Positions 1 to 9,978 of a stretch of 29,133 bases of DNA are shown here, piece by piece. Made by a program: the position numbers and the translations under genes. Positions within the stretch are counted from its first letter, which is position 1; the number at the start of each line of letters is the position of its first letter. The DNA comes from a virus. Its lineage: Duplodnaviria; Caudoviricetes. Below the pieces are notes generated by a model. That model saw only the letters and a list, made by a program, of their open reading frames with translations. It did not search any database and was not told where the DNA came from. The stretch covers positions 1-29,133 of IMG/VR virus record IMGVR_UViG_3300016667_000262. The stretch is one strand, 5' to 3'.

Positions 1-864
1 TTGTATATCAGCAGCATTAATAAATGCTTGAGCATCAGAATCAGATACAGTTTGAGTTCCAATACTACGACCTAACATTGTTTGAAAGTTTTGAATTATT
101 GAATTATACATAGGATAATCAGTACTATTTAATCTTATCCCTATACTTGCATAAGCACATTCTTTATTATCATAATATGCTGTTCCTGTATTTTTCCAAG
201 CACTCAGTAATATATTTGCATTAGGGTAAGTATTTACTGAAACTGCAACTGTACTTTGGTTTAAAATTACTCCATTTTTAAGTATATTATTACCACCTAT
301 TCCTGATCCTGTTTTATTTCCAATATAAAAACCACGACTATCTGTATTTGATACAATCGCAGATTCTGCTGCTGCTCCTGTTGCATTATAATAAATAGCT
401 TGATTAGATACTGTTTTTAAAAATAAAGCTAAAAATGGAGAAGATGGCACTCCAGCACCTGTTGCTGCACCTATTGAGCAACCATCTACAGCTGTTGCAT
501 TTGTTCTTGAGTAAAAAGATAGGTGATTGCTACTCTGTGTTAATACCGTACTAGCATTAATACTTGTATCTGCATAAGCATTAGTTCCGTTAGGTAATGC
601 ACCTGTTAAAGAATGAGTCCATGTTCCTGTAAATGTTAAATTATATTGTGCAGTATTTTTTAAATTATAAGTATGAGTAATATTTGTTCCACCTACCATA
701 GGGTAAATAGCAGTACATTTTGCCCATAAACCAAAGTTTTTTAAATCAACAACAAGGCTATTAATAGCATAACTTATTGTTTGATCTGTAATACTTGCTG
801 TTGTAAGAAAAGTCTGCGCATCAGCATCATTCTTACGCATTGATGATATTATTGCAAAACTCAT
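1..864 (-). CDS. Putative tail/virion protein, 3'-truncated by the window edge
   Basis: Absent from the ORF track. ATG at 864 lies 1 nt after the upstream stop (TAATATG junction) and the frame is open to position 1: MSFAIISSMRKNDADAQTFLTTASITDQ...LWAKCTAIYPMVGG... The N-terminal motif recurs at the cut end (DSDAQAFINAADIQ). Confidence 0.8.
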   Translation of the reverse strand, partial: MSFAIISSMRKNDADAQTFLTTASITDQTISYAINSLVVDLKNFGLWAKCTAIYPMVGGTNITHTYNLKNTAQYNLTFTGTWTHSLTGALPNGTNAYADTSINASTVLTQSSNHLSFYSRTNATAVDGCSIGAATGAGVPSSPFLALFLKTVSNQAIYYNATGAAAESAIVSNTDSRGFYIGNKTGSGIGGNNILKNGVILNQSTVAVSVNTYPNANILLSAWKNTGTAYYDNKECAYASIGIRLNSTDYPMYNSIIQNFQTMLGRSIGTQTVSDSDAQAFINAADIQ

Positions 865-865
865 A

Positions 866-2542
866 TTATGCCTGTTGATTATAACCAATTATATCCCACG
901 TTGAATCAGTTGCATTGTAGATAATACCTAAGTAAATAGTCTTATTGATTACTGTTGCTGTTGGTCTTGTAACACCAATGGCTCTATATCCTGCACCATA
1001 GGCTATAGTTCTTGAAGTACCATTATCTTTAATTCTAATTATTAAAGATTGACCTTCAACCCAAGTACCTGTAGGATTTGCTAATGTCAGTGCTGCTGCT
1101 TGTGCTGTAATAATTACCATGTCATCATTAACTGTAGGTGTAACTGTCGCTGCTGATGTTACTGATTGTATTCTTGGGGTTAATGGTTGTTTAGTATCTG
1201 CATATGTTTTAACAGCATTTTGAGTTGGGTATAAAGTATTACTTGTACCTAAAGATGTATTAGTGCTTTTATTAGCTACATCTTCAGGTGTATAACCTAA
1301 TATTCCTGTAATACTATTAGTTTTCCATTGACTATCAGCTGTATCATAATATAATGTATCTTTTAATGCAGGTGACTGCGCTTGAACATTATGCAGTTCA
1401 TCTAATTCGTAACCATTTTGAATACGAACATACATCCTACCTGATGAGCCATTACTTGCTGTAGTCACTGTTGCAACATATACTAAATGATTAGGTGCAT
1501 AAGGTTTAGTTTTAGTTATTGCCCCTGCTGTTGCACCTAAATAAATGCTATCTCCATCACTATAAGTTGATGTAGGTAAAATACTTAAACCATCAAGTAA
1601 TCCTTGTATAATAATAACACCTTTTTGATTTACTCCAATACTTGTTGAAGCTACAACACCAACTGTTTTAGCTGATGTGGCATCTCCTGTGTTATTAGCT
1701 AATTTAACTGTCATTCGGTCTCCTGTACCACCAAAAGCATATACTACTTGACCTTTAGTAATTGTTACTGAATCATCATTAGTTACATAAGAAAATAAAC
1801 TATTAGGTGATGTTCCAATACATTGAAAACCACCTGTTGTACTATTATAAATACATAACATTTCTGCACCTGTCCATATATCACCACCTATAAGTGGACC
1901 ATCATTATTTCTATATAATGTAACAGCACCAATACTATTAATATTTAATGTTGCACTTGTAGTATTACCATTAGGAAATCTAACTAAATAAGCATCACCA
2001 TCATTATAAGCAGTAACTCCTGTAACTGTTGCTGTATAAGTATCTGTACCACTTGCAGTAGTATGTGGTATACCAGCACCTCCTCCACCTCCACCTGTAG
2101 CATCAAATGTTATATTACCTAAACCATCATCTGTAATAGTCATGTTAGTTCCTTCTACAAGATTTAGTAAATTTTGATTACCATTTAAAACACCATTAGT
2201 TTCTAATGGTATTCTAACAGTATCCCATTGAGTACTATTATATAAAGTTTTTGGACTAACAAATTTATCATCAATAACACCAGCATCAACTTCAGCTTGA
2301 GTAGCTTGAATAGGAGTTTCCATATACTCCCAAGTAGTACCATTAGAGTAATATAATCCTCTAGGATAATATGTACCTCCTAATGATCCAGGTAACCAAG
2401 CAGTACCTTGACTATTTTCACACCAATAAAACTTATCTCCTACAGTTGTGGGATCAGGTAAAGCAGCATAATTAGCTACTACTGTAATCTCTCTACCTCT
2501 AATATAAGGTACAAATGTAGATCTTTTGTTAAAAAATATCAT
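866..2542 (-). CDS. Tail fibre / receptor-binding-type virion protein
   Basis: 558 aa, Thr/Gly/Asn-rich and modular with a poly-Gly hinge; located in the tail gene cluster. Confidence 0.7.
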   Translation of the reverse strand: MIFFNKRSTFVPYIRGREITVVANYAALPDPTTVGDKFYWCENSQGTAWLPGSLGGTYYPRGLYYSNGTTWEYMETPIQATQAEVDAGVIDDKFVSPKTLYNSTQWDTVRIPLETNGVLNGNQNLLNLVEGTNMTITDDGLGNITFDATGGGGGGAGIPHTTASGTDTYTATVTGVTAYNDGDAYLVRFPNGNTTSATLNINSIGAVTLYRNNDGPLIGGDIWTGAEMLCIYNSTTGGFQCIGTSPNSLFSYVTNDDSVTITKGQVVYAFGGTGDRMTVKLANNTGDATSAKTVGVVASTSIGVNQKGVIIIQGLLDGLSILPTSTYSDGDSIYLGATAGAITKTKPYAPNHLVYVATVTTASNGSSGRMYVRIQNGYELDELHNVQAQSPALKDTLYYDTADSQWKTNSITGILGYTPEDVANKSTNTSLGTSNTLYPTQNAVKTYADTKQPLTPRIQSVTSAATVTPTVNDDMVIITAQAAALTLANPTGTWVEGQSLIIRIKDNGTSRTIAYGAGYRAIGVTRPTATVINKTIYLGIIYNATDSTWDIIGYNQQA

Positions 2543-2850
2543 GCTTGTAAGTAAAAATATTGTACATTTAAAAGAGGTGTACCTATTGTACCAATAGCTC
2601 TAAAGTTAAGTAAGTTTTGTCTACCTGTAACATCAAATGCTTGTAAAGATAAACCATTAGTAGCACTAGGATTATCACCTGTCCACCATACTCTACCTTC
2701 TCCACTATCTATAGTCATAATTGCATAATTAGCATTTTCTGGTATAGTTAGTAAAGATATATATCCAGTTCCTAGTAATATTGTTTCATTACCAAGAGCT
2801 TGTGGATAGTCTAATAATTTTTTTATGTTTAATAGTATATCTGTAGTCAT
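2539..2850 (-). CDS. Small hypothetical virion-associated protein
   Basis: 103 aa; ATGA overlap with the downstream gene and TAATATG junction with the upstream gene. Confidence 0.65.
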   Translation of the reverse strand: MTTDILLNIKKLLDYPQALGNETILLGTGYISLLTIPENANYAIMTIDSGEGRVWWTGDNPSATNGLSLQAFDVTGRQNLLNFRAIGTIGTPLLNVQYFYLQA

Positions 2851-2851
2851 A

Positions 2852-4822
2852 TTATAAATCTATTATTCTGTATGATCCATAAACTGTTGCACTAAGATCT
2901 CCAGTAGTTGGTCCAATTGTCCAAAATACTTTAGCACTTAAACTTTCATTTTCAAAAATATTAGATGCTAAACTTGCATTATGAGTGTTTGTATCTGCCA
3001 TTTTATACATACCGCCTATATTAGTTTGAAAAAATGTATTATCTTTTGAATCAAACATTTTTTTACTACTACTACCACTAGTAGTAGGATATATACATAA
3101 TAAACCAGTTGCTCCAGAATAACCTGTTGTTCCATTAAGTTTAAATGATGCTTCAATAACACATATTGCTTTACCTACACCAGGAGCTGGTAAAATTGAA
3201 ACTGCATTTCCAGTTTTAAAATCTGCCATTGTTATTTCTTGTTTAAAAGTTTTAACAACAGGAAGATCAACTTCTGTAATACTACCATCATTTTTAACTC
3301 CTAATAAATAATTAGTACCACCAATAAAATTACCAAGACCATACTTTTCAAAATTCATCATGCCTGATGTAGATTGATTTGAATTAAATGTAGCAATTCT
3401 AGTTGGTATTCCATTTACATATGCCCAAATTTCCATTTTACTATTACTAGTAGAAGAATTATTCCAAACACAACTTATTCTACCATTTTGATCACCAGTA
3501 AAATTACTACTATTAGTTTTTAAATAAAAATCAATAGCACCACCTAATTCATCATAAGTTCTAGAATTAGTTGAACTATTTCTTTTAAGTTCTAATATTG
3601 GATATGTACTTTGTGATGAATAATTATTTGATTCATATACTCCAGCTACACCATCTTCTACATAAACACTAATGCCATCACTTGTTAAATCTAAATTATA
3701 ATTTCCTACTCTAAATGGAGCACCGTTTAATGTACTACTTTCTATTGATAAATAATTAGTATCTGTATCAATAACAGTATTTTCTATTAAAGTACCACCT
3801 AATCTAAAGTTATTAGTAGGATTTTCATTTAAACCATTATCAACAGTATATTTAGTAGCATCTGTAATATAACCAGCATCATTGTTTAATAAACTAATAT
3901 TACATCCTTCTAAATCAGAACATTGAAAAGCAGTTCCTCCACCACCAGTTACATTTACAGTAACATTACCATTACCATCATCAGTAGCAGTAACATTAGT
4001 ACCAATAAAGTTAATACTTTTAACATCATTAGTTATTTCAGTACCTTCATCTTCAACAGCTATCATGTTTTTTTCAACAGTAGCTAAATAGTTAACTAAA
4101 TCAGATTGATTACCTATATTACCAGTTATACTACCCCAAGTACAGCAATTACTATCTTGTGTAGTATTATTAGTACTACTAGGAGCAGTTATTTTTTTAG
4201 AAGATTTAGCTGCAGTTTCTTTATACTTATGAGTAAACTCATATAATACTTGTAAATCTTGTGGAGTAATACAATTTAATTCTTCTTCTGTATAATCTAC
4301 AGCAGTATAACTACCTAATGCTATTGCAGATGTAACACTAGATGATTCATCATTTCTAGTAATATAAATTATATCATTTGATTCATATGCAATTACAATA
4401 TCTTGTAAATTACTATATTGAGCTAATAAATAAGCAGGTATTTGTAAAAGTTGACTATTACTATTAGGACCAAGATTAGCGTTATCTCGCCAACCTAAAC
4501 TTATTAAATAATAATAAAGTTCTTGTCTACTAAGGTCTGTAGCAACTTGTTCTCCACCAATAAAAACACTAAATAAAACACCTATACCAGCAACATTAAT
4601 AAGAAGACTACTATATGTAGAATTAAAATAAACAGTTTCACTAAGATTATACTTACAAAGCAGTTTATTCACTTCGTGCATAAGAACAGACTTCTTGTAT
4701 ATATCATCACATTTAAGACCTTGTTGAGCCTTCATAGTGAGTTTATATACAGCATTAGCATAAGAACAATTAGCAGTTCTTTTTAATGTTGTAAGTGTAG
4801 ATTCTGTAAAGTTTATTCTCAT
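2852..4822 (-). CDS. Tail hub/fibre protein (Cys-containing N-terminal region plus fibre-like C-terminus)
   Basis: 656 aa. N-terminal Cys-containing region, WGSITGNIGNQSDL fibre-type motif, GGGG hinge, and Asn/Ser/Gly-rich C-terminal part. Confidence 0.65.
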   Translation of the reverse strand: MRINFTESTLTTLKRTANCSYANAVYKLTMKAQQGLKCDDIYKKSVLMHEVNKLLCKYNLSETVYFNSTYSSLLINVAGIGVLFSVFIGGEQVATDLSRQELYYYLISLGWRDNANLGPNSNSQLLQIPAYLLAQYSNLQDIVIAYESNDIIYITRNDESSSVTSAIALGSYTAVDYTEEELNCITPQDLQVLYEFTHKYKETAAKSSKKITAPSSTNNTTQDSNCCTWGSITGNIGNQSDLVNYLATVEKNMIAVEDEGTEITNDVKSINFIGTNVTATDDGNGNVTVNVTGGGGTAFQCSDLEGCNISLLNNDAGYITDATKYTVDNGLNENPTNNFRLGGTLIENTVIDTDTNYLSIESSTLNGAPFRVGNYNLDLTSDGISVYVEDGVAGVYESNNYSSQSTYPILELKRNSSTNSRTYDELGGAIDFYLKTNSSNFTGDQNGRISCVWNNSSTSNSKMEIWAYVNGIPTRIATFNSNQSTSGMMNFEKYGLGNFIGGTNYLLGVKNDGSITEVDLPVVKTFKQEITMADFKTGNAVSILPAPGVGKAICVIEASFKLNGTTGYSGATGLLCIYPTTSGSSSKKMFDSKDNTFFQTNIGGMYKMADTNTHNASLASNIFENESLSAKVFWTIGPTTGDLSATVYGSYRIIDL

Positions 4823-4823
4823 A

Positions 4824-5513
4824 TTAAGTTCTTTCTGTTATAATTGCTACAGTTCCTTTACCACCAGCAGTTATTTTACTTTGTCTTAAAGTAACATAAC
4901 TAGTTATACCTGAAGGAGGTGTGTATGAATAATTAACACTTGAGTTTTGTACAGATGTACCTAATGTAGTACTCATAGGTACAGTTAAACTAAATACAGT
5001 AGTGCCACCATTATCATCCATACTAACATTACCATCATCAGTACCAGCAAGTGCTTTAGTAGCTGTAAATATTACAGCTTTAATTGTACAAGCATAAGGT
5101 AAATAAATTTTAGCATTACCTTGTTCACCTGATTCAAAACTAACAGGTGCAGTAATAACATCATAATTACCTCCAGTAGCTTGATCTGTTGGTTTTAACC
5201 AACTAGCTGATTGAGTATTAATTCCAACATTAAGATCCCAACTAACACCATTATATACAGCTGTAATAGTTGATTCTCTATTTAATTGAGTACTAGTTAA
5301 ATTAGTACCTAATATATTAAAATTATAACTAGCTTTATCAACAACACCTTTATAGTAAAAAGTAATTGTATTTCCAGTTTGAGGAGTTCCTAAAAAAGCA
5401 ATAGTATAATTAGAAGTTAATGTACCAGTACCATTAATAATAAAATTATTAGTAACATAAGTATTGTATATATTATACGTACTTCCTGCAAAATTTATAT
5501 TTATTTCTATCAT
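4824..5513 (-). CDS. Putative tail-associated structural protein
   Basis: 229 aa, Thr-rich and beta-strand-like; 1-nt gaps to both neighbours. Confidence 0.6.
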   Translation of the reverse strand: MIEININFAGSTYNIYNTYVTNNFIINGTGTLTSNYTIAFLGTPQTGNTITFYYKGVVDKASYNFNILGTNLTSTQLNRESTITAVYNGVSWDLNVGINTQSASWLKPTDQATGGNYDVITAPVSFESGEQGNAKIYLPYACTIKAVIFTATKALAGTDDGNVSMDDNGGTTVFSLTVPMSTTLGTSVQNSSVNYSYTPPSGITSYVTLRQSKITAGGKGTVAIITERT

Positions 5514-5514
5514 A

Positions 5515-6603
5515 TTATTGAATTGTAAAAGTTATTTGACCAGTATATATATAATCTCTACCTGTATTAGTAGTAAGAATACCTGGATAAAATGTACCAG
5601 TTGGTAATGTAGGACTACCTACAGTATTAGTAAATGCAGCTATACTAAATGTACCAAATGTTAAAAATCTATCATTTGTATAACTTGTAGTAATAATACC
5701 AGGCCATTGAACATAGTTTAATCCATTATTAGTATAACTTGGACTTATTATTGTAATTGAATTTTTTTCATAAACATTAAGTCTTTTTTCATTGTTTGGT
5801 ATTACCATTAAAAGTTGTATTCCAGCACCATTACCACTTGGTCCAGGATCACTATATCTTATATTTATTTCAAAATTTAAATACATTTTATTACCAATAA
5901 TACTCCATTCTATCCAACTTGGTGCCCAACTACCAAAACTTGGTATTGTACTAACTGAACCAAAATTAATATATTGAATATCTTCATTAGTTGTACCTAT
6001 AGATAAAGGATTTACTGAATCAGTATTTTTTTTAATAGTTGGTGTAGGATTTAAAGCTGGTAAATCATTTAATATATTAGTAAAAGTAGTTGTACTAGTA
6101 AAAGCATTAACTAATCCAGTATTAGTAAATAAATCATTAGCATCAATAGATACACTATATATTGGAGCACAAGGATCAGTATTATCAATATCAACTGTAT
6201 ATTCTACAGCAGGATCTAATGCTTCACCATTATTAGTAAATTCAAAAGTTAAATCAGCAATTGGAGTACAACCTGGATCTCCTTGAGGACCTTGAGGACC
6301 AGTAGCACCTGTTGGACCAGTAGCTCCAGGAGTACCAGCACTACCACCAAGTGGTACAGCATCACATATATCAGTTACAAAACCAGTTGCTCCTATATAA
6401 ATAGGATTAGCAGCTAACCAAGCATCAGTCATTATATCACCATTATAGTCAGGTTTAGTACCTGAACCATCAATCCAACTTACTAATTGTTGAACTGTTA
6501 CAGAGGTTTCACCACAGGTACCTTCATATAAAGCTAGAACAGGTGACCATCCATCTGAACCAGTATTACCTACAGTTATTATTTCATTGCAATCTAAGCA
6601 CAT
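5515..6603 (-). CDS. Tail fibre-like protein with short collagen-like segment
   Basis: 362 aa; starts MCLDC and contains eight G-X-Y triplets (GSAGTPGATGPTGATGPQGPQGDPG). Confidence 0.7.
   Translation of the reverse strand: MCLDCNEIITVGNTGSDGWSPVLALYEGTCGETSVTVQQLVSWIDGSGTKPDYNGDIMTDAWLAANPIYIGATGFVTDICDAVPLGGSAGTPGATGPTGATGPQGPQGDPGCTPIADLTFEFTNNGEALDPAVEYTVDIDNTDPCAPIYSVSIDANDLFTNTGLVNAFTSTTTFTNILNDLPALNPTPTIKKNTDSVNPLSIGTTNEDIQYINFGSVSTIPSFGSWAPSWIEWSIIGNKMYLNFEINIRYSDPGPSGNGAGIQLLMVIPNNEKRLNVYEKNSITIISPSYTNNGLNYVQWPGIITTSYTNDRFLTFGTFSIAAFTNTVGSPTLPTGTFYPGILTTNTGRDYIYTGQITFTIQ
6271..6345 (-). repeat. Collagen-like (Gly-X-Y)8 coding repeat
   Basis: Read directly from the translation of 5515-6603. 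Confidence 0.85.
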
Positions 6604-6624
6604 TATAATATTATTTTTAAATTA

Positions 6625-7194
6625 TTAATTACAGCAATATTCTAATTTTAATCTAGAGAACATATCCATTAAGCTTGTAGCTCTAATAATATCTCCACAT
6701 TGAGCAGCTGACTTAGCAGCATCTAAAATCATTCTAGCTTGAGTATATTTTAATACACTACCATCATCCTCACAAGTATCACAAAAGTCTTGTACAAGTC
6801 TTATAAGTAGGTTATCCATTAAACATTCAGCTGCACATTGGAATACAGTCCAATATCTTTTTTCATAGTTACCAGAAGGTGTTTCAACTCTATAAATAAA
6901 TTGATATACACCATCACTAAACTTAGACATAGCAGTATCAAAAGCACTTGCTAGTATATTTATTTCATAAGTTGTATCACTTGTAGGAAATGTTGCAGAC
7001 AAATCTACAGTACCTAAACTGTTACCGTTAACATCTTGCATTTCTAAAGTACAAGCTGTAGCATCAGTAGTTTCAGGATTAGGTGCACCCCAACCTGTTA
7101 GGTTAGCTGGTGAATATAGACCAGTTAACTCTTTAAAAGTTAACCATTCTTGATTTACGTATTCAGTTATATTTATATTTAATTGTAAAGCCAT
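6625..7194 (-). CDS. Putative tail hub protein (crAss-like), Cys-rich C-terminus
   Basis: 189 aa with CAAEC, CDTC, QCG and YCCN; follows the auxiliary capsid gene as in crAss-like gene order. Confidence 0.55.
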   Translation of the reverse strand: MALQLNINITEYVNQEWLTFKELTGLYSPANLTGWGAPNPETTDATACTLEMQDVNGNSLGTVDLSATFPTSDTTYEINILASAFDTAMSKFSDGVYQFIYRVETPSGNYEKRYWTVFQCAAECLMDNLLIRLVQDFCDTCEDDGSVLKYTQARMILDAAKSAAQCGDIIRATSLMDMFSRLKLEYCCN

Positions 7195-7208
7195 GGATTG
7201 ATTATATT

Positions 7209-7245
7209 AAAAAAGGCTACAGCTATAACTAGCCATAGCCTTTTT
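7209..7245 (-). terminator. Intrinsic terminator after the auxiliary capsid gene
   Basis: Minus strand GGCTATGGCTA-GTTA-TAGCTGTAGCC-TTTTTT. The 11-bp stem has two G-U pairs that work only on the minus strand. Confidence 0.85.
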
Positions 7246-7266
7246 ATTAAAGTTTAAAAGTTATTA

Positions 7267-8739
7267 TTAAATCAATGTGTTTACTGTTAAATCAAGAGCA
7301 ACTTCTAAAATATCAGCTATAGAATCTAATTGATTAACTCTTGTTTGACTATTAACAGCAATTCTAATTTGCTTACGAGCAATAGGATTATTAATAAAGC
7401 TCATAGTACCAGATTGAGTAGCTACTTCAAAATCAATAATTGAATATTTACCAGTAAGTTCAACATTAGAACGCATTGTTACAGGAGGAACCTGAATCAA
7501 GTTAGCATCATGCATACCTTCAAACAATTGGAAGAAGAATTCTTCTTCAGCAATTTGCTCATACACACCAGAACCTTCAACAGGAACTACAGCAGCATTA
7601 GTAATAGGAACAATACCAAAATTAGTACCACTAGTTACAAACTTAGAAGTTTCATAACGGAAGATATTTGGAGCAAATTTAGTTTGAGGAAGACCTGTAA
7701 AACGAATACCTATTGAATCAGCACTAGTAGAAGCTGTAAAAGTACCACTACCAGCAATTGATGCTGTAGCATTAGTTGTACCAGCATATGCTGTAGATAA
7801 TGTAATAGCAGCAGAAGCACCAGCAGTACCTGTATAAAGTACACCAGCAATCCACAATGTTACAGCAGTACCAACAGTAATACCATGGTTAGCTGATAAT
7901 GTTGCAGATGTTGAACCATTAGTAACACTAATTGTATGTGGAGTTGTTGCAGATGATGCAATAACTACACCAGTTGATCCTTGGTAAGGAGCATCAAGTG
8001 TAATTGTAGTAGTACTAGGAACAGTAGCTACTTTATAAAAATTATCTCCTAATTTTACATAAGAACCTACAGATAAACCATGTGCAGTAGCATATGTAAC
8101 CATAGAAGATTTAAAAGTAACTGTTGCATTTTTCCAAGCAGTTGTTCCAGCTAATGAGGTTACAGAAGCACTAGTAAGACGTTCAACTTTATAAGGAATA
8201 TTTACATATTTTTGTACATCTTGAATAGCATATTTAGTTAAAGTATTAACTAAAGCATACTGATCATCACTAACACCTGCTATACCAACTTTAACACCAA
8301 CAATTGATTCAACTAGTTTATCACTAAATTGAAAAAAGTTAGTTTTAAAAGTGTTACGCAAGATAAGATTTGTACCTGAAGATATCATTGGAAGAAAACT
8401 TCCACTGGTTCCATTATATCCTACATAAGATACTTGTTGAACAGCAGCTGAATAAAGTTTACCTTTAGATACTAAAACTTGACTTTTGCTAAAAGGGGCA
8501 GATTTAATTAAAGGTTTGCCTGGACCTTGACTTTGAACAATTACAATAGGAGTATTAGCAGCAGCAACAGCACCTGCGCTACCAGCACTATTATCAAGTA
8601 CTACACCATCTACAGTAGTAACTGCAACTACACCAGCAGCTAAATTATCTGGAGTAGCAATAGTTCCTGCAGTTGGATAGCTTGGGTTAGCTGTACCTAT
8701 GAATAATTGTTTGTGATTACTTACATTTTGTAATGACAT
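7267..8739 (-). CDS. Auxiliary capsid (decoration) protein, crAss-like, with inserted beta-rich domains
   Basis: 490 aa, downstream of the MCP/ring genes and followed by a strong terminator; Ala/Thr/Val-rich with two internal repeats. Confidence 0.6.
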   Translation of the reverse strand: MSLQNVSNHKQLFIGTANPSYPTAGTIATPDNLAAGVVAVTTVDGVVLDNSAGSAGAVAAANTPIVIVQSQGPGKPLIKSAPFSKSQVLVSKGKLYSAAVQQVSYVGYNGTSGSFLPMISSGTNLILRNTFKTNFFQFSDKLVESIVGVKVGIAGVSDDQYALVNTLTKYAIQDVQKYVNIPYKVERLTSASVTSLAGTTAWKNATVTFKSSMVTYATAHGLSVGSYVKLGDNFYKVATVPSTTTITLDAPYQGSTGVVIASSATTPHTISVTNGSTSATLSANHGITVGTAVTLWIAGVLYTGTAGASAAITLSTAYAGTTNATASIAGSGTFTASTSADSIGIRFTGLPQTKFAPNIFRYETSKFVTSGTNFGIVPITNAAVVPVEGSGVYEQIAEEEFFFQLFEGMHDANLIQVPPVTMRSNVELTGKYSIIDFEVATQSGTMSFINNPIARKQIRIAVNSQTRVNQLDSIADILEVALDLTVNTLI

Positions 8740-8777
8740 TGTTTGAAAAATTTAATGTTTATAAATAATTTGATTGG

Positions 8778-9113
8778 TTATACACTTCTTAATACTATAT
8801 ATAAATTACCTACAACAGCAGCTTGTCCTAAAGTACCAGTTGCTGATGGTGTAATAAAATCTGCACTACCAGCTGTTGCTGGAATCATAACTACTTTATC
8901 AGTAGTTAACAATACTCCAAAATCAGTTGTTTGTGAAGTAGATGTAGCTACAATAGCTGCAGCAACTACCAATGGATAAGTAGATACTCTATCATTTAGA
9001 GTATTAACAGAATCAACAATTGGATTAACATCACCACCTGTAGCAAGTTGAGCGTCGTCTAATGAGCTTCTAACATCAGCTCTATTAGCACTTGAAATTT
9101 TATTTAAAGCCAT
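8778..9113 (-). CDS. Small virion protein (possible head fibre/decoration)
   Basis: 111 aa in the structural operon, with an A-rich Bacteroidetes-type translation initiation region. Confidence 0.55.
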   Translation of the reverse strand: MALNKISSANRADVRSSLDDAQLATGGDVNPIVDSVNTLNDRVSTYPLVVAAAIVATSTSQTTDFGVLLTTDKVVMIPATAGSADFITPSATGTLGQAAVVGNLYIVLRSV

Positions 9114-9195
9114 TTCTTTGTTTATTTTTAATTAATATATTAATAAATTAGTTTATTGTTATTGTTTTAATAGAATTAATTAGTGTAACTATAGC

Positions 9196-9915
9196 TTATT
9201 CCCTATATGTATTGTTTGTACTAATTTCAGCTTGCATTCTGTTGTAAGCTTCAATATCTTTAACAGCTATTTCTACAGTCTTTCTAACTAACTCTCTATG
9301 AATATGATCAGATAATTGACTTACTTGATCATTTAAATTAGCAGTTAAATCAATTGGTGTTGGTTTTTTAATATACCTAAAAATATAACTTTGTACATTA
9401 TAACTACCATCTGTAATTAATTCATGCTTTCTACCTTCAACCCTCATCCTCCAAACTCTATTCTTATTAGGTTTGTTATAAGGATTATCTAAAGCTCTAA
9501 TATATTCACTATGATTAATCTCTAGAACATATTTGCGAGGTTTACACTTATCATTAGTTAATACTTCTTCATAAACAGTAAACCAATGAACATCACTATA
9601 GTCTGTAGGACCATTAGTAACAAGTGTATTAGGTAACTCTACAAATACACCATTAGGCATATTTAGTAGAGGATTATATACCATAGGTGTTAGTATCTTT
9701 TGTTTAACTAACTCACCTAGATCTTCTATTCGTTTCTCAGTTTGTTCAAATGATTCACGACTTGAGTTATTACCTGTATAATAAGTAACAACCAAGAGTT
9801 CTTGAGCCTCAGTTGCCATGGCTGAAATTTCAGGAGGCTCATAGCCAGGCAAAGCTTGACTTGCCAGTTTATCCATTTGTAGATAAAAGTTGTTCAAGAA
9901 CTCTTGTTTTGTCAT
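9196..9915 (-). CDS. Head-tail connector / tail ring protein (crAss-like conserved structural protein)
   Basis: 239 aa with YxxxEIS...AQE and YIKKPTPIDL...LSDHIHRELV motifs; two genes downstream of the MCP. Confidence 0.7.
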   Translation of the reverse strand: MTKQEFLNNFYLQMDKLASQALPGYEPPEISAMATEAQELLVVTYYTGNNSSRESFEQTEKRIEDLGELVKQKILTPMVYNPLLNMPNGVFVELPNTLVTNGPTDYSDVHWFTVYEEVLTNDKCKPRKYVLEINHSEYIRALDNPYNKPNKNRVWRMRVEGRKHELITDGSYNVQSYIFRYIKKPTPIDLTANLNDQVSQLSDHIHRELVRKTVEIAVKDIEAYNRMQAEISTNNTYRE

Positions 9916-9978
9916 TGTTACTTAATTATATATTAACTTAGGGTCTATTTAAGCGTTTCACTCCTAAGTGGTTAATAA

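Noticed and set aside
1-6603. Diversity-generating retroelement acting on the tail fibres
   Set aside because: No reverse transcriptase in the window and no template/variable repeat pair differing at adenines was noticed.
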